Origin: Ostrea edulis | Taxonomy: Eukaryota | NCBI RefSeq assembly: GCF_947568905.1 | Contig: NC_079169.1 | Location: 16,802,001 to 16,866,000 of the forward strand | Reading direction: 5' to 3' | DNA: 64,000 nt | Part shown: positions 46,601 through 59,887 of the stretch, piece after piece | How positions within the stretch are numbered: position 1 is the stretch's first letter | Layout of the letters: each line of letters starts with the position of its first letter | Program-made: the position numbers and the translations under genes | Notes under the pieces: generated by a model | The model's input: the letters and a program-made list of their open reading frames with translations, nothing else | Told to the model about the DNA's origin: nothing | Database searches by the model: none

Positions 46601-49600
46601 TCACTGATATTTTCCGTACGCCATTTTGGAAACATACAAATGCCTTGGATTATACACTGACGGATCAACACGTCTCACTGCATTCTCATTATCTCCAAAA
46701 AAGAATCCTCTTTGGTGTAAATTACGTGGACCTTGGAGAACTGTGTTAGGGACCCCAGGTACATTTCTAGGAAGATTTCTATCAAAACGGGGTGCTTGTC
46801 TAATATTCAGACTGCTCGGATTGGGGGCATCGGGGAACCTTGGGACGGCATGGGTTAGTTGTCTTGGTGTAAAATGAGGTCGTCTGTGTAAACCAGCAGT
46901 ATTCCCAAGAACTGGGATATTTGAAGGTGCTAAGCGTCGGTTGTCTGGTGCTACTGATCTGGAAGTTGCTCGGGATCCAACTGGCAAGTTCAACCGCCCC
47001 ATAGATCCTGGAATGACAGGTTCAGATGTTAAACTGGGTCGCCTTTGATTGAATGCGGCGTTAAAGTCTATATCAGATGCAGGACCATCGAACTGACCTT
47101 CGATGGCAGCACTCAAAAAGGGCTGGTTTCTAGGAAGGTTGGGATCTGGAATAGCGACTCCAAAAGGCCTTGGACTAGGTGTAATTGGCCTTATTAGTTG
47201 AGGCCTTGTTAGTGGTCTGATATCCATCAACTGATCAGCTCGCGGCATCGGACGGCGGTCAATAGGGGGATCCATTTGGGGCATTGATACACGAGATGCA
47301 GGTGAAAGTGCCATCGGTGGTGTTAAAGATGCCCTAGATGGAAAATCTCTTCCACTAAATGGTATTCTTGGTCTTCCCTCTAAACCATTAAGATCGTTTC
47401 TTCTTCGTTCATTAAATGAACGTCGGGGACTCCTCATGAATCGTTCATCAAAATCATCCACATCGCCCCTACGCTGGTTTTCAAAGATATCTGTTTCCTC
47501 TAATCGGTTAATATCTTCACCCATTGGTCCTCTGACTGTGAATGGCGATGATGGAGTTCTGGGAATGAATCTATTCTGAAATCCTGGCGGTGCTCCCCTG
47601 TTTACATCAAAACCAGCATCATCTACTGTATTCGATACATCATCGATGTTTAGAAGAAAGGATATCAAGAAGCTTCCTTTTGGTCGCCTTCTTGGGGATC
47701 GATGAAGAAAACGTGTCAATTCTCGAGAAACTGGAGTTATTGAAAATTGTGAATCAGGTCTCCTTGAAGTTGGGAAACGTGGCTGAGAGAAAGGAGTGAA
47801 TGATCTCCTATTCATTTCATTGAATCGATCATTCAAACTATCATCTCTTTGATCATCAAATCTGTCAGCAGGACTAAGTCTATTGTTTCGAGGATCATCA
47901 AAACGATCATCTCTTGGATCACTAAATCTTCTATTCGGACTGAATCTCTGTTCTCCAAAATCGCCATCTGTGCGGTCAAGTCTATCTTCGGGGCCAAATC
48001 TATTTTCTCGAGGATCAAATCTATTCTCTCGAGGATCAAATCTATTTTCTCGAGGATCAAATCTATTTTCTCGAGGATCAAATCTATTTTCTCGAGCATC
48101 AAATCTATTTTCTCGAGCATCAAAGCGATTTTGTTCTATATTAGAGTTGGGGTCGTCTAACGGAAAACGTCTTCTAAAAGTGCCTGTATTAGATCTAAAC
48201 CCAGTTGGCCTAACTCTTTGACGGTTTCGAGGAATGGCAATACCGATGGGTCTACTAAAGTCATTTATAGGATTTTCAATTGGACGAATGGGTCTCTGAA
48301 TGAGATTTTGGAAAATAGGTTGGTTACGGGAGGGCGGTTGTAAAGCCCTTGATGGAATAAAAGGAAATCGACTTTGTGATAGTGTACTTGGCGCAGGGAC
48401 AGCTATACCAATAGGTCTTATGTTACCAGTTGGTATAGAAATAGAAGAACGTACAGTAGGTTGAGTGTCTGACAGTCTTCGAGTTGAATCGTCATGGAAT
48501 GGAAAGAAAGCCTCATTTCGTTGATCGCGAGTATCTACGCGCGGTGGTGGTGGTGGTGGTACAATAATGGCACGAGGTCTCACAATTCCTCGTCTTTGAT
48601 CCCTTTGAACTGGATCTAGATTTCTTGAAATGGGATCAAACTGCCTTGGAAAGGCAAAATTATCCCTAATGAAATTTTCTTGTATACGTTCATCAAGAGG
48701 TGACGGCAAATTAAATTCTCTAGAACGTCGATCTTCCCTTCTTATTGATTCACCTCTATTGTCAAGAGGGAAAGTTTCTCTTCTCCTATTTTCAAAATGG
48801 CCTGAACGAGGAGTTGCATTGCTAAATCCATCTCTTGGATCTCTAAAATCTTGGTTTGAGAACCTCCGTCTGTGTGAAAATCTAGGGCGGACGTCATCGA
48901 ATGTTGCTCTGGATGGGAAGTTATTAGGTATGCTTGGAGAAGATGATTGGTCTACCGGTGAGCGTCCTACAGGTAGGTCTCTGGATCTAGGACGTGATAC
49001 AAAATCATCAAATCTTACTGGGGACCTACGTGAACTGGACGACGGGAAAACATCGTTGCTTCTACTGGTAGATCTAGGATCAAAGTCCCCAATTCTACGG
49101 GTTCCACGGATACTAGCTAAAGTATCACTGGTAGAAGAAGGCCTGTGGAGGAAGTCATCAAAGCTTGTACTACGTACAAAATTATCCAGTCCACTAGGTG
49201 CTCGGGGTACAGACCTTTGAGCAAAATTAACCGTTTGCGGAATCATGTTATTTCTATTTACGCGAATATTTACTCTATTAACTGTAAATGGAAAATTTGA
49301 TCTAGGTCTGAAAGTTGATGTTAAAGGCGTAGGCAGGTCTGTTCTACGACTGGATAAAGGAGATGACATTCTTGGTCTCATATTGGAATGAATGCTACTC
49401 CTGAGAGGAAAAGGAGCAGTAGACGCCCTAGACATTAAAGGGTTATTACGCGGAAATGTCGATCCAACGTTTAAGGATCCTGAAGCAATGTTAAAGGATC
49501 CAGAAGGAACAAATCCTCTTTGATGATGAACAAATCCAGATGCAAAGGACGAAGACGACACACCTCTATTGATGTTATTATTATTATTCCGGTGTAAGCC

Positions 49601-51135
49601 GCTAGAGATTGGAACTCTTGGTATTGAACCTATACCTCGAAATGCAGCTGTGTTTAATACTGATGCTGGATGGAATGGAACGTTTGGTATTGACGCTGTA
49701 TTCGGCAGTGACCGTAATAATGAGGGATGAATTAAACCAGATACCCGACCAGGATTGGGTAAAGATTGGTGGATAGCGTTTGCGATGCGGTGACCGTTGT
49801 TGGCAGCTGCCTGACGTAAGGCATTGACTGCGTGATGAATGGGGTTTAAACCCGAATGTATTAAGCCAGACCCAGGTGAGGTTACAGAGGTATGCTGTAC
49901 AGAGCCCATATGAGAGATACGACCACCGGATAAAGCTCGATGAATAGCAGCTATTGGGTGAAGCGGAACCTGAGGAATCCGATTGATGTTTGCAAGCGCA
50001 CTGCTTAACAAACTCGAGGAACGACCTTGTCTTAACGATGGTACTTGAACTGGACCCAGAGGGGCTTGTGCACCACTGATAACACGTGTTGCGTGGGAAA
50101 CAACAGTACCAGAACTTCCTCTTAATGACTCTGGTAAAGTAATGCTGGGTATTGCAACTTCTGGGGCATTTGGAATTAAAGATCCAAGGTTGACATACGT
50201 CACATCCTGTCCGGGAGCCGAGGGCCCTCTTTGCCGTAAAGCACTTCGTCGAATTAAAGCCATAAAATCGTTGAAGTTAATGACTGGAACCCTTGATGGT
50301 TGTGCTGCACCTCTGGGTTGTGTTCTTGGAGATGTCCCAGTGGATCCTCCGGGAAATGGTACATTTGGTGCATTTTGAATTTGCAACATATTTTGGACCC
50401 TATTCCCGCCACCACCATTTCGAGACAATAGAGGAGAAATTGCCGATTCTATGCTCTGGGATACCGGTGTTTCTGCTACAGGGATGTAGATTGGTTCAAA
50501 TGGCACTTGAGTTCCCAGCCGGCGTCCATTACCAGGTACCGAAAAGCGTGGCTGTGGTTCCGGAAGAGCTCCAAGCGATCCTGCAGAATTGCTGGCGAAG
50601 CAACCTAGAAGATCAGAATGAAGTAGAATTAATATTTAAAATTTTTAATTGTAGACATCACGATTATTCCACAGTCATTGTATTGTGCTCAACGTCGTTC
50701 ATAATATACATGTATTGATACATTTTGAATTACTGCAGTACAGAATTAGAAATAAAAGATTTTGAAGCATGCAAACACATGCATTATCTATTTTCATCAT
50801 TATGCAACGTTGATCTTATAAATGAAATAGTAACATGATATTAAAGACGAAAATGATGTTTTTGTATCAATGTATTAATATTTATTGATATTATGGAACT
50901 ATCAGTTCAATATATACAAATTAATTTGTATTTATTTCAAATGCTAGGATGTAATTTACAACACTCTTAGAATTAGATTCTTTTCGTGCAAAAATTTGTA
51001 TATGTGTAAGAATCTCCTTGACTGAAGTATTCTGATTAATGTCATGTCACAAATCACATGTAATATATTTTTTCAAACACAAACCCTCATTTAATCCAAA
51101 TATGGTGAAAATGAAAACAAGGAAAATATATTAAC

Positions 51136-51201
<66 letters not shown>

Positions 51202-51838
51202 AATTTACTTGTCTCTATAAAAATGCGTAATTTAAAATAAAACTGCAGAATTACATCGGTAGCAAAATAAAATAAAATTACAGAAATATATTGGTAACAG
51301 AATTATTCCTGTCGAACTTATACTGACAATTTCAGTTTTACTCTTTGGTAAGGTTTTTAATGAAATGAACATTTGGGTGAAATCCGCTTTTTAGTTTGAA
51401 TAGAGAAACACCGTGGATCGTCACCCTTGGCTAGCGAAGATGTTACAACCCAGGTACATCGACAGATGAGGTGATCCAGGGCACAGAAAACTAAGCATAA
51501 GAACCAAACATTTAATTTTTATAAAGTTTCGTAATTTCAATTTCAACATGACGTTCTGTAGTGATTTAATATAGCTTCATTTTATAAAAAAGAAAATATT
51601 TCTAACAAATCTATATGGAAACACATAGAAAAAAACATGGAAGACAACATGCATGTATATTTCTCTCGAGTATGTATGTATTTTTTCATACTAATACCAC
51701 TAAAGAGTTAATCAGTATCCTGTGTACAGTACATATACCACCTAATATGGAAATCAAACATACATTTGTAGCTCCGGTTTATTTTGAAAGAGTTACCTTA
51801 CCCAGAGCACAAAGAATTGATATTCCATAGAGCATCAT
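46601..51838 (-). CDS. Uncharacterised secreted low-complexity Arg/Pro/Ser/Asn-rich protein (~1,340 aa); exon 1 coding 51838-51802, exon 2 from 50604 to 46601 (or to a donor at 46638)
   Basis: 3.9-kb stop-free, GC-elevated ORF. Upstream mini-exon ATG ATG CTC...CTG G|GTAAG splices in phase 1 to TTCTAG|GT TGC TTC GCC, giving signal-peptide-like MMLYGISILCALGCFA. TATA box is at a canonical distance. Confidence 0.85.
47990..48136 (-). repeat. Coding 21-bp tandem repeat, (ENRFD[P/A]R) x ~7
   Basis: Visible in the ORF translation and as TCTATTTTCTCGAGGATCAAA units. Confidence 0.92.
51139..51196. repeat. (CT)n microsatellite in intron 1 of the secreted-protein gene
   Basis: Direct. Confidence 0.95.
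51802..51838 (-). CDS. Exon 1 coding part (signal peptide) of the secreted protein
   Basis: MMLYGISILCAL + G; donor GTAAGG at 51801. Confidence 0.8.
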
Positions 51839-51873
51839 GTTGACTTCATCAGCGCCCTAGTTCATTCTGCAAA

Positions 51874-51906
51874 AACTAGAATCGGCTAACTGACGGAGAT
51901 TTTATA
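51874..51906 (-). promoter_or_regulatory. Core promoter: TATAAAA (51906-51900) and Inr-like TCTAGTT (A at 51877)
   Basis: TATA-to-Inr spacing is 29 nt; the ATG lies 39 nt further downstream. Confidence 0.7.
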
Positions 51907-53042
51907 AGCGCGATATTATGGTGTGTCATCTTGTAGTCGCCATGTCGATCTCATCATTTTGGGCTTTCTGTCGTACATATTTTATGGTTGTTGTTTCCTT
52001 GTAAATTGTTGATGTCAATCAAATAATCAAAAATTAAATCTAATCGAAGTAGTCTCTGATATTTAGATTTATGTAGTTTATGTTTTGTGGCATTCGAACA
52101 TTAAAATTGAACTTAAAATTGGCTAGTAACTTCCGTATGTTGCTTTGTTGTGAAATTATTGTGATTGTCAATTTGTAAATTGATTTATTGATGTTGAAGT
52201 AAAAGTCTGAGTTTCAGTTCACTGCAAACTGTAGTGGAACATGAGGTGATACGTAAATGGTATTTTTTTGACATTTTACTCTCCACATGTTTCAACAAAA
52301 ATGAAATTCCTGTGCAAAAATGCAGGAAAATTAATGAAATACTGAGAAGCTTAATGTGGCATATTTTTGTTTTTATGTACATGATAACAACCACTATGGC
52401 AGTCTGTGAAATTGAAGGCAAATCTCGAATTGGCATATTACTTCACAGTTCAGTATCTAGATTTATAAAATTTGAAGGAAAATTTTATACATATAAAAAC
52501 ATGGTGCCTGGTATTTTTTTTTTTTTTTTAGGTGCAGTGAATTGAATTTAACCCTTTTGCACTTAAAGTTTGATTTTTATAGCAGAAACTTGTACATCTG
52601 AAATATATATACATGCCTTCCACCTAAAGGATATTTATCAAAACTGTAATCATTGTCAGATACAGAACATCAATTAATAACATGTTACGCTCAGATCTTT
52701 TTTAAGGAAACAGGTATATTAGTCGTAAGTTCGGGGGACTATGAGACAGTAGAGATTTTAAAAGAATGAAATGAGATTTGTTGCAAATTGATTTAGTTCT
52801 TGGCAGGTGGTTTGTTCTGTTCCAAGATAGAAAATCCCGGATGTAAACTAAACGCTGATTCTAAGCTTTTGGGGCTTCCTACATTTCACATTCTGGGGTC
52901 AAGTCTGTTTTATAGTCGGCAGTCAAGGTAAATGTGTTAATCGTTGATGACTACATTGGTCATGGGTCATAAAGGTTAAACAGTCTGGTTTGAATTTTCC
53001 ATTTTGAACATCTAGAGACAAATTTAAAGGTAAGTTTTTAAG

Positions 53043-53252
53043 TACAGTAGATTTATTATTTTACGTGAGTACTTAATATGGCGAAATGACTCAAATCGCG
53101 AGAACATGAATTCGCGTGTCATCTGTTCTTTAAAAGTTCTTACATGTATTTAGCGACAGAAAATTAAAAGTGAGTAATTTTATTTCGCGAGTGATGTCTC
53201 TCGCGAAATTACGCGATAATAAATTCCTCGCCTATATTTGGAAATCTATACA
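53043..53252. mobile_element. Degenerate TA-flanked MITE (TACAGTAGATT...AATCTA) with TCGCGA-rich interior
   Basis: Only a partial TIR match. Confidence 0.4.
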
Positions 53253-55372
53253 CTACTCAGTGTTGAGGTAAATTAAAAAATTATCAGGGGTGAATTTTGA
53301 ATTTACTTTTTCTGTCCCACAGTGGGAATACCGTCCCAATCAAGGGGCAGTGTAACTTTTGAAAGTGAAATGCTCCCCAACAAAATTAAAGGGGCGCGAT
53401 CTCTGTAATTCCTTAAGATATTTGTCATCTTGTAATTTTTTTTATTTACTGGGAAGGTATAGATACAACCATTATAATGTGAGAACTCCTATGCATTGTA
53501 CAATCGTTGTAAAATTCGTAAAACATATTCAGGTTTTTTTTTTATGAGAGGAAGGACTCATAATAGATCATTATTCAAACTAATCTACCAGTTCTTGTGA
53601 AATGAAATTAGAAACAGGTATCTTTTGCTGATGTCGCAACTGAATGATTATTTATAAAACCACGCAGGTGTTTGATGAGCTGCAGCCATATCGAAGTAAT
53701 ACCGTGAAGGTTAATTATAGTTCATACCTGTCCAGAAATTAGATTGAACACAAAGGGAATTCTTATTAAGCTGTAATAGAGAGTATCCATCCATATATTT
53801 CTCCACAAAAATCGAGTTTAGTGGTGCCTGGGATAAAATGTGACATGCATTCCAAAATGCTGGTGAAAATTAATATTGGCGATTTTGTAATACGTATTTC
53901 ATGCTTTAATTTGATTTGCTAGATTTAGACTTACAACAATACGAACCAGCCTTTTCATAGCTTAATCTCTTTAATGAAGAAGTCAAACGGAGTAGTGTGG
54001 AAAAATGTATCTGAAAACGATACGTTTAATTCATCCTTGATGCACGTGACTTAATGGATGTCCGCTTAACTGATACTAGTCTTGAATAATAAAATTATTC
54101 ATTTGACTTTGAAAATTCACGATATAAATGAAAACATTGCACTATATTACTGGAGGTCAAAGGATTATGCTAATTTGAAGTCCGGAAATACTTTATCCGA
54201 TGTGCATTGGGTTTTCCTTTGTTACTTTTTTGTTATGTTTAAAACAGATCTGCCACGAAAGAGATAGGATAAAGTCCATTTTTTATCAAATTAAAATGCG
54301 ACTACATGTATAAAGATTATTCATTGTCTTTTTTACGATAAATATTGGCCATAAATGATGAAATTTCCTTATCAGTTTACAAACATGTTGAACATTAATC
54401 GTTGATTCAGAGCAGATTTAGAGGGGAGCGTCCCTCCCCTTTGTGACCAAAAATCAAAAACAAAAAACAGCAGAAAGGGCAAAACTATAAGATTTGAAAT
54501 TATACATACATGTATAAACAATTATTAGTTGCATAAAGCATAGCTACAAATGTAAAATAACGCATACAAGTAACCTAAAAAGCCTCTAAACCCTGGTCCC
54601 CAGATCCCTAGTCTAATGGACCCCCTTATAACAAATCCTGGATCCGCAAAATATTTATATATTTTTTCCAAAGTTGCCGAAAAGGCCCGATAAGTTTCCG
54701 TGCGTGCAGCATGCAAATCCTATCTTTGTACATTTATTTTGTTAATTTGTGTATTTCATAATTTTGTAACTATATGATCCTTAGCTCAAAACCACTAGCC
54801 AAGTGGACTGCACTCGTTTTTTGCTCAAAGCAGGCAAATCAGAACAAGTTTGAGAATGGAAAATGTCAATTTATTTAGTAAATGACGAAAAGTATATACA
54901 GTACAGGGGGTCATGAAACCAAGTAAAAATTAAGATCATATGCTGCAAATGACTAGATGACCCCCTGTTACATACATCTATGAAATTAACATTGAGAAAG
55001 AGAACATATATACACAAAATAAAAACATCCGATAGGGGGTCTAACAAGATGACCCCCTATTGCATACACATATATAAAAAGACTAGCATAAAAATAAATA
55101 ATCACTGATTTTGCATAATTCCAGTCAAAAATTTCCTTATCATTTACTTCTGAAACAAGTTTGATTTTTCACAATTAGGGTCATAGGAAACTGTAGTTTG
55201 TGTAAATTTATGTTCATGAAAGTCGGTTTATATGTATACAAAACTACAAAAAGCGATAAATAGCATTTGCTGCACTAAAAGCAAAAGTAAAATCGATTAG
55301 AAATGCTTCATCTAAAGTTCCTTGGCTTATCCCCCTTTGTCCATGACAACTGTTACATATACAGCTGTCAAT

Positions 55373-55647
55373 CCTCTGTCGCAGCCATCGCAGTCACGTA
55401 ATATAGTTTCTATGTACCTCTGTCACAGCCACCGCAGTCACGTAATATAGTTTCTATGTACCTCTGTCACAGCCACCGCAGTCACGTAATATAGTTTCTA
55501 TGTACCTCTGTCACAGCCACCGCAGTCACGTAATATAGTTTCTATGTACCTCTGTCACAGCCATCGCAGTCACGTAATATAGTTTCTATGTACCTCTGTC
55601 ACAGCCATCGCAGTCACGTAATATAGTTTCTATGTACCTCTGTCACA
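55373..55647. repeat. 44-bp tandem repeat, ~6 copies
   Basis: Unit CCTCTGTCACAGCCACCGCAGTCACGTAATATAGTTTCTATGTA. Confidence 0.95.
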
Positions 55648-55859
55648 CTTCGCACTTTTATTTAGTTTGTGAGTAAAATGTCCAGCGTTTACACATCGAT
55701 AAATTCATCAAAAAGAACGTTTAAGCCTATAATTTAACTGAACATTATCGACAAACTAAAGACTCAACTTCATGACACACGAGATGGCGTCACCTTTGTC
55801 ACTCTCTCATATTTCTGTAGCATTATTCCGTTATCACCTGTATTTGGTGCTTATGTCTC

Positions 55860-56300
55860 TCAACTAATTTGATACACAAAAAAACATGTACTGCGTATGA
55901 TCAGTTCTTAAACTGAGACAGACCAATGACATATAAGTTGATGTTACGGGGGTTTAAAAGTCTCGTTTAAAGTCAGCATTTTGAAAATTTTATGGTCGTT
56001 ATAATGATCTTTGATATTTTCACATATACAACCTCTCATTACATGTAGGTCGTTATTTCTGAAGTGTTTTATGCTTATTGTTAGGCCGTTCTTTACATAC
56101 TGATTTTGAATATGGAATACTCCGTTTATCTGATCAGGATATAGGGCTCACGACAGGTGTGACCGGTCAACAGGGAATGCTTACTCCTCCTAGCCACCTG
56201 ATCCCACGTCTGGTATATTCAGGGGTCCGTGTTTGCCTTACTCTTAATTTCGTATTCTTCATAGTATTTGAGATTGATCACTGTTATCTTAACATTTTTC
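55860..56300 (+). mobile_element. Degenerate PLE 3' fragment
   Basis: Shares TTTATGGTCGTTATAA and GGGCTCACGACAGGTGTGACCGGTCAACAGGG...CACCTGATCCCAC with the other copies. Confidence 0.75.
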
Positions 56301-57384
56301 ATGAATAGATTAAACTCTGAAAACGTAAATTTTACAGCAATATCTTGAATTCAAATTATTGTAAAATGTAAAAACATTTTGAAATTGAGAATTCATAATT
56401 AATAGTCTTAGTTGATTATTGATTAGCTCTCATTCACTACTGATAGTAGAAAGGTATATACTACAAACCTGTAATTCTTATAGGTTTTCTTGAAAATGAA
56501 AAATATTTTGTGCTATATGTTTAAGATATGATCAAATCAGAATTAGATATCAGGAAATGTTTACCACACACCCGCACGTATATAGTGTTAATCCAATTAA
56601 ACAAATTCTTCATCCTGTAATTTATCATACAAAACAATGTAATATCTTTTACAAACGTGATTTAGAACAGAGCAGAAATGCTTACTCTGGATAAAAAAAA
56701 TAACTCAAACATTACAATTGACAAGTTTATTATTCTGAAGTTCGTTGTACATTGTTCTTGATATTTTGTCTCATTTGTCATCGTCACGATAAAAAAAAAA
56801 AAAAAACAAGGAAGAAAAAAAACACGAGTTATTCCTCCTACCCCTTGCTTCTTTTCTTACCTTTAATGGTTTCATGAAAAAGTCTGTATGTTTTATGCAT
56901 AAGGGCAACTATTTTATTCTGAGTAAGCTGGGGAGGCGAGGAGGACACTGAAAGTGTTGAAAATATATAATTAAACATTTACTTCGCAGGAAATAACTGT
57001 TCACTTACTCGATTTAATCAGAAACACAAATATTAATCTTACTTCACCAAACAATGGTTTATAAATGATAATAGTTAACAATTCAGGACATTATTTGTTT
57101 TTAATAAGATACATTTATATGTTTATTCAGATATATACACGTGAATATAAGCACGGGAATCACTTAATGTTTTCATATTCCAATTTTTTAAGATCTTCAA
57201 TTTGTCTTCCCAATCCAGGGTGTTGTTCTGAATTCAGAACCCTTGCCTTTTCACCCCCTCCCCCACACCCCTCAAGTCTTGTACATGATCACATAGCCCC
57301 CCCCCCCCCCACACCCCTCAAGTCCTGTACATGTAGCAGTCCCAATCAGAGGAGACGAAATACCAACATCACCAGGTTGATTAA

Positions 57385-57457
57385 AATGTATTGTATATAC
57401 CGAATGTATTGTGTATACCGAATGTATTGTGTATACCGAATGTATTGTGTATACCGA
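57385..57457. repeat. 18-bp tandem repeat, ~4 copies (GAATGTATTGTGTATACC)
   Basis: Direct. Confidence 0.9.
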
Positions 57458-58654
57458 GTATTTTCAATTATTTTTACAGGGAGTTTGATATTGATCTAAC
57501 AATTGAATAATCTGTCCTTGCAATGGAAATAAATGTTAATCGGCCTAACTGTATTTGAATGAACCTAAAGATTCCGCCCTCGTCTAAAGTGTCACCCACC
57601 ACCCACCCATAACAAGCAATGGTCATCTCCTTTCGTTAAAAAGCACGGAATTTGTATATTTATTCCTGAAGCACCTATTGAACTGTACACGAGACACAGC
57701 CATCACCTTCACCTCCGTCGGCAAATGCTCTTGATTTAATATAACTGTTCACTTGCTCCTTTGCATGAGAACAATCGTAAAAATCCCGAACGCACTAATT
57801 GGGGGGAATTAATTTATTACGGACAAGCTGACCGTATCCAGAGGCAGTGTCTGGTTATAATCGGCGATTATCTGCTGTAACCGTCCCCCGATGTTTTAAA
57901 CCCGTGCCTTCATTCAACTTTCCCCCTCACGGCAGGTACTAAAAATTTGGATTCATGAAAACCGCTTTCATTTCCTCCCTAGACCCTTCACATCAATCAT
58001 AGTAATGAGGTCCAGCAGACGTCGTGAATTTTATTAAGGAAAAAAACAAGGTATCGTGAGTGAAATGAAGAAAATGTGTGTGTACTTTACCTAAACACAA
58101 GAGAGGCCGAACTAGTTTGTCCATGCTGAAAGACACATCTAAAAGATGTTTATGTCGATAAAAAAAAAAAATTACGGACAAGAAAGGACTGCGTGTTGAT
58201 GTAAATATTTACAGTTAATCAAGCCCATGTGCAAAATTATTTTGTTTTCTAAACATTTATTCGGAACTTTTCACAATTACACACACAATAGCTAAAATGC
58301 CAATGGTTTACTTTTAACGTCGGCTGGGTTTTCTACAACAAAACATGCAAAAGGTTGAATAATCAAAAATTACTTCAACATAATCCTCACACGTAGAAAT
58401 CTTCTTACCAAGATTTACAAATGTATTTTGTCTTTACTCACCCCACCATAGGATATGCAGGGGGGTGGGGGGTGGGGGGGTGGGGGGAGGTTACATATCA
58501 AATCAAAATCAGAAATATTTTATTAAAGTGTCACATACCAATACAATACCAATATACAATTCATATGTATATATAACAATGTTTCAATATTAAGAGCATT
58601 GGTATCCAGCCATATTGACATATGAAACGTTATCATTGAAGCACATATCATAAT

Positions 58655-59164
58655 CACTTGTATTAAACTGATGATAGTAACGATCGTTACTATCATCCCA
58701 AGATGGCGGAAGGAAATTCTGGTAAGACCACGTTTACTTATTATATCTATTTGTATTGTTTATTTGCGAATGATATGTAGGTAAAAAAATATCATACATT
58801 AGCAACAATTACGATCAGGTGTTATTTTATCTTTTATACGGCTCATATGATCAGAAAATTCGTCGTTGTAAAAACAGCGAGGATGATAGTAACGAAAGTT
58901 TTACGTTACTATCATCATTCATTTCCGTTACTATCATCCTCGCTGTTTTTTCAAAGACGAATTTTCTGTTCATATGAGCCGTATAAAAGATAAAATAACA
59001 CCTGATCGTAATTGTTGCTAGTGTATGATATTTCTTACCTACATATCATTCGCAAATAAACAATACAAATATATATAATAAGTAAATGTGGTCTTTCCGG
59101 AATTTCCTATCGCCATCTTGGGATGATAGTAACGATCGTTACCATCATCAGTTTAATACCAGTG
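58655..59164. mobile_element. 510-bp fold-back MITE with CACT...AGTG termini
   Basis: The two ~240-bp arms are near-perfect reverse complements; AT flanks both sides; internal palindromes GATAGTAACGATCGTTAC(T/C)ATC. Confidence 0.8.
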
Positions 59165-59887
59165 ATTATACAACTGTCGTATACAAGATACTTGTTATTG
59201 GAGCAGCTCCCTCTCGTAGGAGTTTTCCAATACTCATATAAACATAGCTCAAAGGTTTTCCATCCCTCGATGTAGAACAACTCTCTATTATAAGCATGTA
59301 CGATTAGTTTTACCTTCACCTGCAATATTGTAGAACAGTCTGATAGAAGCCTTTCCCACATTGAATATAGGTTTGAGAAAACGACATTCGTGACAATTCG
59401 TAAATATCCAGAAAATAAAATCAATACGAGATTATAATAGCAACTCAAACTTTAGACAATGAGTTTCTTTCTCTTTGCTGAGGCAATCTGTTGACTCAGG
59501 TTATTTTAATATAAATTGGAAATAACTCACATTTGAGTAACTGTCCTGTAAACAACAACGAAAAATGAATACGTGCAGAAAATATATCATTTGGACATAA
59601 CTAGGTGAACAGCAATAGAAATCACCCACGCAATGCCAACTACAAAACCTTTCTTGATGTATAGAACTATATTAAAACTACAAATCCGTAGACCATGCAT
59701 TATATTACATTATGTACGCACCTTTTTCTCACTGGATCCACCCATTTTTCTTCCCTTTTCTCCTCTTATGATTATAATGGGGGTTGTCCTTTTATATCAT
59801 ACTTCAGAATAATGTGTTTTCAAAATATTGTAGATTTCATCTATCATAAAGAAGTTCCAGCTTTTAAAACTCAATATAGTTACAGAT

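Noticed and set aside
50504-50506. ORF-track start of the 1301-aa protein
   Set aside because: The codon is GTG inside exon 2; the frame stays open up to the acceptor at 50605 and joins an ATG-bearing exon.
47590-50718. Plus-strand and alternative-frame ORFs (e.g. 48630-49220, 47849-48160, 47883-48221, 50293-50718)
   Set aside because: Shadow ORFs of the GC-richer 3.9-kb coding exon and its 21-bp repeat.
59107-59448. 113-aa minus-strand ORF and other short ORFs in 52000-59500
   Set aside because: No recognisable motifs or consistent splice sites; this ORF ends inside a MITE.
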